Shown here: positions 59,526-64,000 of the stretch, piece after piece
How the letters are laid out: each line of letters begins with the position of its first letter
Position numbering within the stretch: the stretch's first letter is position 1
DNA from: an uncultured delta proteobacterium
GTDB lineage: Bacteria > Desulfobacterota > BSN033 > UBA1163
NCBI GenBank assembly: GCA_963827685.1
Contig: CAWHBU010000006.1
Span: 320,001-384,000 of the forward strand
DNA: 64,000 nt
Direction: 5' to 3'
The notes under the pieces: generated by a model
Told to the model about the DNA's origin: nothing
What the model saw: only the letters and a program-made list of their open reading frames with translations
Databases searched by the model: none
Made by a program: the position numbers and the translations under genes

Positions 59526-60012
59526 GAAGTAAGAGTACTACAGACTACCTAAATATTCCAACTTTTTTTAGATTTGTATTCGTCACATACAATAAAACAG
59601 CTTTGCCCTGAACAACGAGTATATCTTTGTAGGCAGTTGCCATACCGTCTAGCGGACCATTACATCTCAAATTTCTAACCAGTCGTTATGCTTTTTGTAA
59701 AATGTGACCGCGTCTCCCGCTGTTACGTTTATCAAATCCTCCTTATTGAAGTTCGTCCTTGCGGAGCGGCCAATTTTTGCAGGAGTACCCTTTGCCAAGG
59801 CTCCTTCGCATACCATTTTGCTGATTTCCGCACATTTCACACGGGAAAGCACTGGGGACGTAATAGAGGCGGTGAAGGTGCCCTTCTTGCCAAGCTTCAG
59901 AGTCCCCGGTACGATCCGAAGTGTAGCCGGAATGATCACCACGCAGGTGAAATCCGCAGCACCGCCGATAATCCCCTCTCCCCTTGAGATCTCACCTCCA
60001 TAACCTGTGGGT

Positions 60013-60315
60013 TCAAACCGTTTTACGATCTGCGTACCGAACAGTAAGACTCCCTTCTGTCTCCAATTCTCCATCAAAGAGACCGACATCTCCAGACCTA
60101 AGCCAGCCATTGTTCCAGAAGGCAGCCCGCGTATCTTGGGGATTGTTAAGGTAAGCCTTCATGGTATCATGCCCACGAATACAGATCTTACCTTCCCGGC
60201 CTTGTTCCAACTTATTCTCATCCTTGCCCCTGATCTGAACCTCCACACCGGGCACAAATGAATCAATTTCTAACCTATTGGAAATATTCATAAAATGTTT
60301 TGAAAGCCTATCCAT
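60013..60315 (-). pseudogene. Acyl-CoA ligase remnant
   Basis: GKICIRG..TMKAYLNNP..T....NGWLRSGDVG fragment only. Confidence 0.7.
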
Positions 60316-60342
60316 AAAAAAATTCTTGGAATGGCAAATTTT

Positions 60343-60376
60343 TTGGTATAATATTAGACCAATCAGTATTTGTCAA
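60343..60376 (-). promoter_or_regulatory. sigma70 promoter with FadR/GntR-type operator
   Basis: TTGACA-17-TATTAT overlapped by palindrome TTGGTATAATATTAGACCAA. Confidence 0.65.
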
Positions 60377-60392
60377 GAAAAATATTTTCTTG

Positions 60393-61822
60393 TGTCAAGC
60401 CAAAATAGAAATGTCCTCTTCTTACCAAAATAGAAATGTCCTATTCTTCAGATTTGAGATTCTAAGAGTTTTTCTCTGTTATAGGGATGTTTCCTAATCT
60501 TGAACTTCCTCCAAGGATGATCAGCCGGAGGAATGTAAGTCTTCCTCCTTCTCACAATAGCCGGCTGTTTCTTCTCTCTTAGTGGTCTCTCAGTGATCTC
60601 TTTAAATCTCAAAGCTCGACCTTTATGGGTCATGACCATTGATCCGTCGATTCGATCCTGAACCATCACCTTGGAGGCCTTGATCGTATCCTCAACCTGA
60701 TAGAGCTTCCTGTTATGAGCCACCGTAAAGTCATTTCTCAGTGCTCGCTCTGTCTTAATGCATAAGATCGCATCCAGATCCACCCCCTTAGGTAAGGGCC
60801 TGTGGAAATCGTCTTTCTCCTGGGGCCAAACAGAGAACCTCTTGTTATAGAGAGGAAGATATTCCTCTAAGAACTGATTGCCTTCCTCAATCGTCCTGAT
60901 CCCTCTTAAACGCATCTCCTTGACCAGCCTGTCCTGAAGGGTCCGAAAGAGTCGTTCAATCCGCCCCTTGGCCTGCGGCGAATGGGCATGACTGACCTCT
61001 ACCCCCAACTCTTTTAAGGCCCTCTCAAACTCACTTAACGGCCCCACGTCATTTAACTCGTCCTCGATCGTTGGCTTGGCCGTCGACTTATAGGTCGAAT
61101 GCTTATCCAAATACACCTTCATCGGTAAACCGTTTTTCTTGATATAACGCTTGAAGCTATCCATCGCCGGGATCGTCCCCTCATACTCATAGAACCTCCC
61201 AAAGGCTTCCCCGGTAGCATCGTCAATATAGCTCATCAGAACACAGGGGCCACCTCTGTCCTCAAACCAAGCGTGATGGGACCCGTCCATCTGTACCATC
61301 TCGCCGTAATGATGCTTCCGCTCCCTCCACTGACGATGCCTCCCTCTCTTGCGGCTCTTCTTCCAATCCCCCGCCTCGATGAGCCACCTCCGTAAGGTCT
61401 CATCACTGATCTCTATCCTACCCCTTTCCAGAAGCTTCTCCGAGGCCAGGGTCGGCCCAAAACCCTTGTACTGTGCCCGGTAAAGTCGGATCACCCTGTC
61501 CTTAATCTTATAGGGTATCCTCCGGTTTGATGGCCTCCCTCTCGATTTGTGTATGACTCCCCTGTTCCCTTCATTCCTGATCCGCTTCACGATCCTCCGA
61601 ATTTGCCTACCACTCAAGGAAAGAATCTCTGCTGCCTCTACCCGCTTGATGACCCTCTCCAGGACCTTCTGGATGACATGTAACCGCTTTAACTCTCCCT
61701 GACGTACCATGATCATGTCCTCTCCTGCCATCATGCCCTCCTCTGAAAAAGGGCATCTTAGCATGTCGAAAAGAGGACATTTCTAAATTGGTCAATTAGG
61801 ACATTATCATTTTGGGATTACA
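60393..61822 (-). mobile_element. Second ISNCY / IS1202-like element
   Basis: 24-bp imperfect IRs TGTCAAGCCAAAATAGAAATGTCC / GGACATTATCATTTTGGGATTACA; 15-bp duplication AAAAATATTTTCTTG. Confidence 0.9.
60448..61734 (-). CDS. ISNCY/IS1202-like transposase
   Basis: QMDGSHH, IDDATG, YLDKH, PQAKGRIER. Confidence 0.93.
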   Translation of the reverse strand: MMAGEDMIMVRQGELKRLHVIQKVLERVIKRVEAAEILSLSGRQIRRIVKRIRNEGNRGVIHKSRGRPSNRRIPYKIKDRVIRLYRAQYKGFGPTLASEKLLERGRIEISDETLRRWLIEAGDWKKSRKRGRHRQWRERKHHYGEMVQMDGSHHAWFEDRGGPCVLMSYIDDATGEAFGRFYEYEGTIPAMDSFKRYIKKNGLPMKVYLDKHSTYKSTAKPTIEDELNDVGPLSEFERALKELGVEVSHAHSPQAKGRIERLFRTLQDRLVKEMRLRGIRTIEEGNQFLEEYLPLYNKRFSVWPQEKDDFHRPLPKGVDLDAILCIKTERALRNDFTVAHNRKLYQVEDTIKASKVMVQDRIDGSMVMTHKGRALRFKEITERPLREKKQPAIVRRRKTYIPPADHPWRKFKIRKHPYNREKLLESQI

Positions 61823-61835
61823 AAAAATATTTTCT

Positions 61836-63376
61836 TGTGTTAGCAAAGTAGAAATGTCCCCATTAACTGCTTAAGTTAAAATGTCCCCATGGAACAGGAG
61901 AAGATACTCATGGGGCAGAGGGAGTTAAAGAGGTGGCATCTGATGGAGATCGTAAAGGTAGGGAAGATCACCTTGAGGGAGGCTGGAGAGAGGATAGGTG
62001 TGTCCTACCGTCAGGCGAAGCGGATTGGGCAAGCGATCCGGGAGAGAGGGATCAAAGCCTTGGTGCATGGTAACAGGGGACGACCTTCGAACCACCGGCT
62101 CAAGGAGTCCTTACGAGAAAGGGTATTAAAGCTGTCGGAAGAGGTTTACTGGGACTTTAACGATACCCATTTTACGGAGAAACTTCGGGAGTGCGAAGGG
62201 ATCGATTTGAATCGAGAGACGGTGAGGAAGTTACGGCGGGAGGCGGGGATGGCACCCAAGCGCAGGCGTCGGGGACCTAAGCATCGAAAGCGACGGGAGC
62301 GAATGGCTCAAGAAGGATGGATGGTCCTCTGGGATGGGAGTCCCCACCCCTGGTTTGGCCGAGACCTTCCACCTTGCTGTCTGATGGCTGCCATCGATGA
62401 TGCGACCGGGAAACTGCTGGCCGCCCGTTTCTTTCCCTTTGAAGGTTCCGCAGGCTATTTCTGGCTTCTTAAAGAGATGATTAAAAAATATGGAATCCCA
62501 ATGATGATCTATCAGGATCGCCACGGGTCGTTGCATCGGAATGACCCTCACTGGAGCTTGGAAGAGCAACTCGCTGGCCGACAGGAACCGACTCAAGTCG
62601 GATTAGCTCTCGAAGCCTTGGGGATTGAGCCGATCTCGGCTCTTTCTCCTCAGGCCAAAGGAAGGATAGAAAAACTCTTTGCCACCCTGCAGGATCGTCT
62701 GGGAGCAGAACTCCGTTTAAAAGAAATTGTAACGATGGAAGAGGCCAATCGCTTTTTACAATCAACCTTTTTAAAAGACTTTAACCGTCGCTTTGCCGTC
62801 AGACCCAGAGAATCCCAAAAAGCCTGGAGAGAAGTCCCAAACCATCTGGACCTGGATCGAATCATCAGCTTTCGCTATACGGCTACGGTCGGCAACGATA
62901 ATACGGCTCGGCTGGGAGGATTGGTTCTCGATATTCCCCCTGGCCCTCAAAGAAGATCCTATGCGAAGCTCAAGGTGGAAGCTCGGCAGCTTCTCAACGG
63001 ATCTTGGAGAATCTACGCTCAAGATCAGTTGATTGCGAAACATCCTCCTACTTCCCTCCGGGAACCGGTGAGAGCTCTTCCCCGAAAGAAACACCATGCA
63101 AAAGGAGTTAAAGATTACCACTGGGTCTATCTCGCTTCAGCACCCTCCAGGGAAGGTGACCCTTACCCCCTGCTCATCGAACATCGTTGATTGTAGCGCA
63201 ACCTGGCGATTCACATTTCGCTTGTTGCCCATTAATAGGGATCTCTTATGAGAGCTCACTTAAAAAAAAGAAACTCAAATTGAAGTTCATCCACTCACTC
63301 AAGGGTCAAGATCAAAACCCTTGGAGGGGACATTTTCACGTTGCAGTTAAGGGGACATATTGACTTCGCTTAAACA
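61836..63376 (+). mobile_element. ISNCY / IS1202-like element, copy 2 of 13917-15457
   Basis: Same ends and ORF; 15-bp duplication AGAAAAATATTTTCT (60376-60390, 63377-63391). Confidence 0.92.
61889..63190 (+). CDS. ISNCY/IS1202-like transposase
   Basis: Identical to 13970-15271. Confidence 0.93.
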   Translation: MEQEKILMGQRELKRWHLMEIVKVGKITLREAGERIGVSYRQAKRIGQAIRERGIKALVHGNRGRPSNHRLKESLRERVLKLSEEVYWDFNDTHFTEKLRECEGIDLNRETVRKLRREAGMAPKRRRRGPKHRKRRERMAQEGWMVLWDGSPHPWFGRDLPPCCLMAAIDDATGKLLAARFFPFEGSAGYFWLLKEMIKKYGIPMMIYQDRHGSLHRNDPHWSLEEQLAGRQEPTQVGLALEALGIEPISALSPQAKGRIEKLFATLQDRLGAELRLKEIVTMEEANRFLQSTFLKDFNRRFAVRPRESQKAWREVPNHLDLDRIISFRYTATVGNDNTARLGGLVLDIPPGPQRRSYAKLKVEARQLLNGSWRIYAQDQLIAKHPPTSLREPVRALPRKKHHAKGVKDYHWVYLASAPSREGDPYPLLIEHR

Positions 63377-63573
63377 AGAAAAATATTTTCTATTCCCAAT
63401 TTGCTTGTTGGCCAGTATTTTCATAATCTTCAAATGTCTGAAGGGAAAGAAAAAATCGAGCGATTAAGATAGCAAAGGCCAGAAGTTTTTTGTTAGACAA
63501 TTTTTTTTAGGATTGATATCTATGTAGATCTCCATTTCGAAATCGATACTTCTCACAATCTGAAGGGGGTAAG

Positions 63574-64000
63574 ATGGCCAGATTTAAGCCTATCAGGCAA
63601 CTTCGACTTTCAGAAGAAATTGTCGCACAGCTCAAGGAATCTATTTTGCTGGGCCATTTCAAGGCTGGAGATAAACTGCCAGCAGAGCGAGACTTGGCAG
63701 AACAGTTTCACGCGAGTCGTGTGGTGATTCGGGAGGCTCTTCGGAAATTGGAGAATTCTGGATTTATAGTTACTCGGCAGGGGGCTACCGGTGGCGCTTA
63801 TGTGACCGATCTGACATTCGAACACCTGGCCGATGCTTTTTTAGATTTATTCTTAGCCGAAAAGATTTCCATTCCTGAAATGCATCAGGTGAGAATTCTT
63901 GTGGAACCCAAAGTGGCCCGATTGGCAGCCTTGAAAGTCACCCCAGAATACATTCAACGGCTGAAGGATGCTTTAGAGGCCGAGGAGCTCCCTATATCAT
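63574..64000 (+). CDS. FadR/GntR transcriptional regulator (partial)
   Basis: Not in ORF track; MARFKPIRQLRLSEEIV...GDKLPAERDLAEQFHASRVVIREAL...RQGATGGAYV. Confidence 0.92.
   Translation, partial: MARFKPIRQLRLSEEIVAQLKESILLGHFKAGDKLPAERDLAEQFHASRVVIREALRKLENSGFIVTRQGATGGAYVTDLTFEHLADAFLDLFLAEKISIPEMHQVRILVEPKVARLAALKVTPEYIQRLKDALEAEELPIS

Noticed and set aside
59667-60110. 147-aa ORF
   Set aside because: Looks like a chimera of decayed fragments; not supported as a functional gene
63610-63825. 71-aa minus ORF
   Set aside because: Shadow of the plus-strand GntR gene

Overview
Bacterial chromosome segment, probably an anaerobic Desulfobacterota/deltaproteobacterium (inferred from gene content), rich in mobile DNA. 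1-4871: right part of an IS1-family passenger-carrying element inserted in a response-regulator gene. It holds a Panacea pair, a nested IS4, a RelE/HigB-XRE-DUF3467-like trio and a perfectly folded short-arm tRNA whose Ser anticodon (GCU) sits on Arg identity elements; the tRNA and the trio share related operator palindromes. 5-19 kb: sigma54 two-component system, ruvCAB, yebC, tRNA-Val, IS30, IS1202-like ISNCY, IS3, PAP2, HAD phosphatase, panD. 19-29.6 kb: attenuated trp operon with two trpD paralogues and an embedded acyl-CoA dehydrogenase. A covarying ~180-240 nt structured motif occurs three times antisense in intergenic spacers. 29.7-39.5 kb: integrase-less integron cassette array (HEPN, Mrr, Nmad3-like, TA) with a group IIC-attC intron remnant, two attI-like units and RAYT-derived MITEs. 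39.8-48.2 kb: archaeal-type aroA'/aroB'-pheA, biotin carboxylase and DUF362 behind two more leader-peptide attenuators. 48.5-64 kb: corrinoid methyltransferase/activator, Liv-type ABC transporter with acyl-CoA ligase, two adjacent ISNCY elements and a FadR/GntR regulator. All family calls are from motif recognition; no database searches were run.
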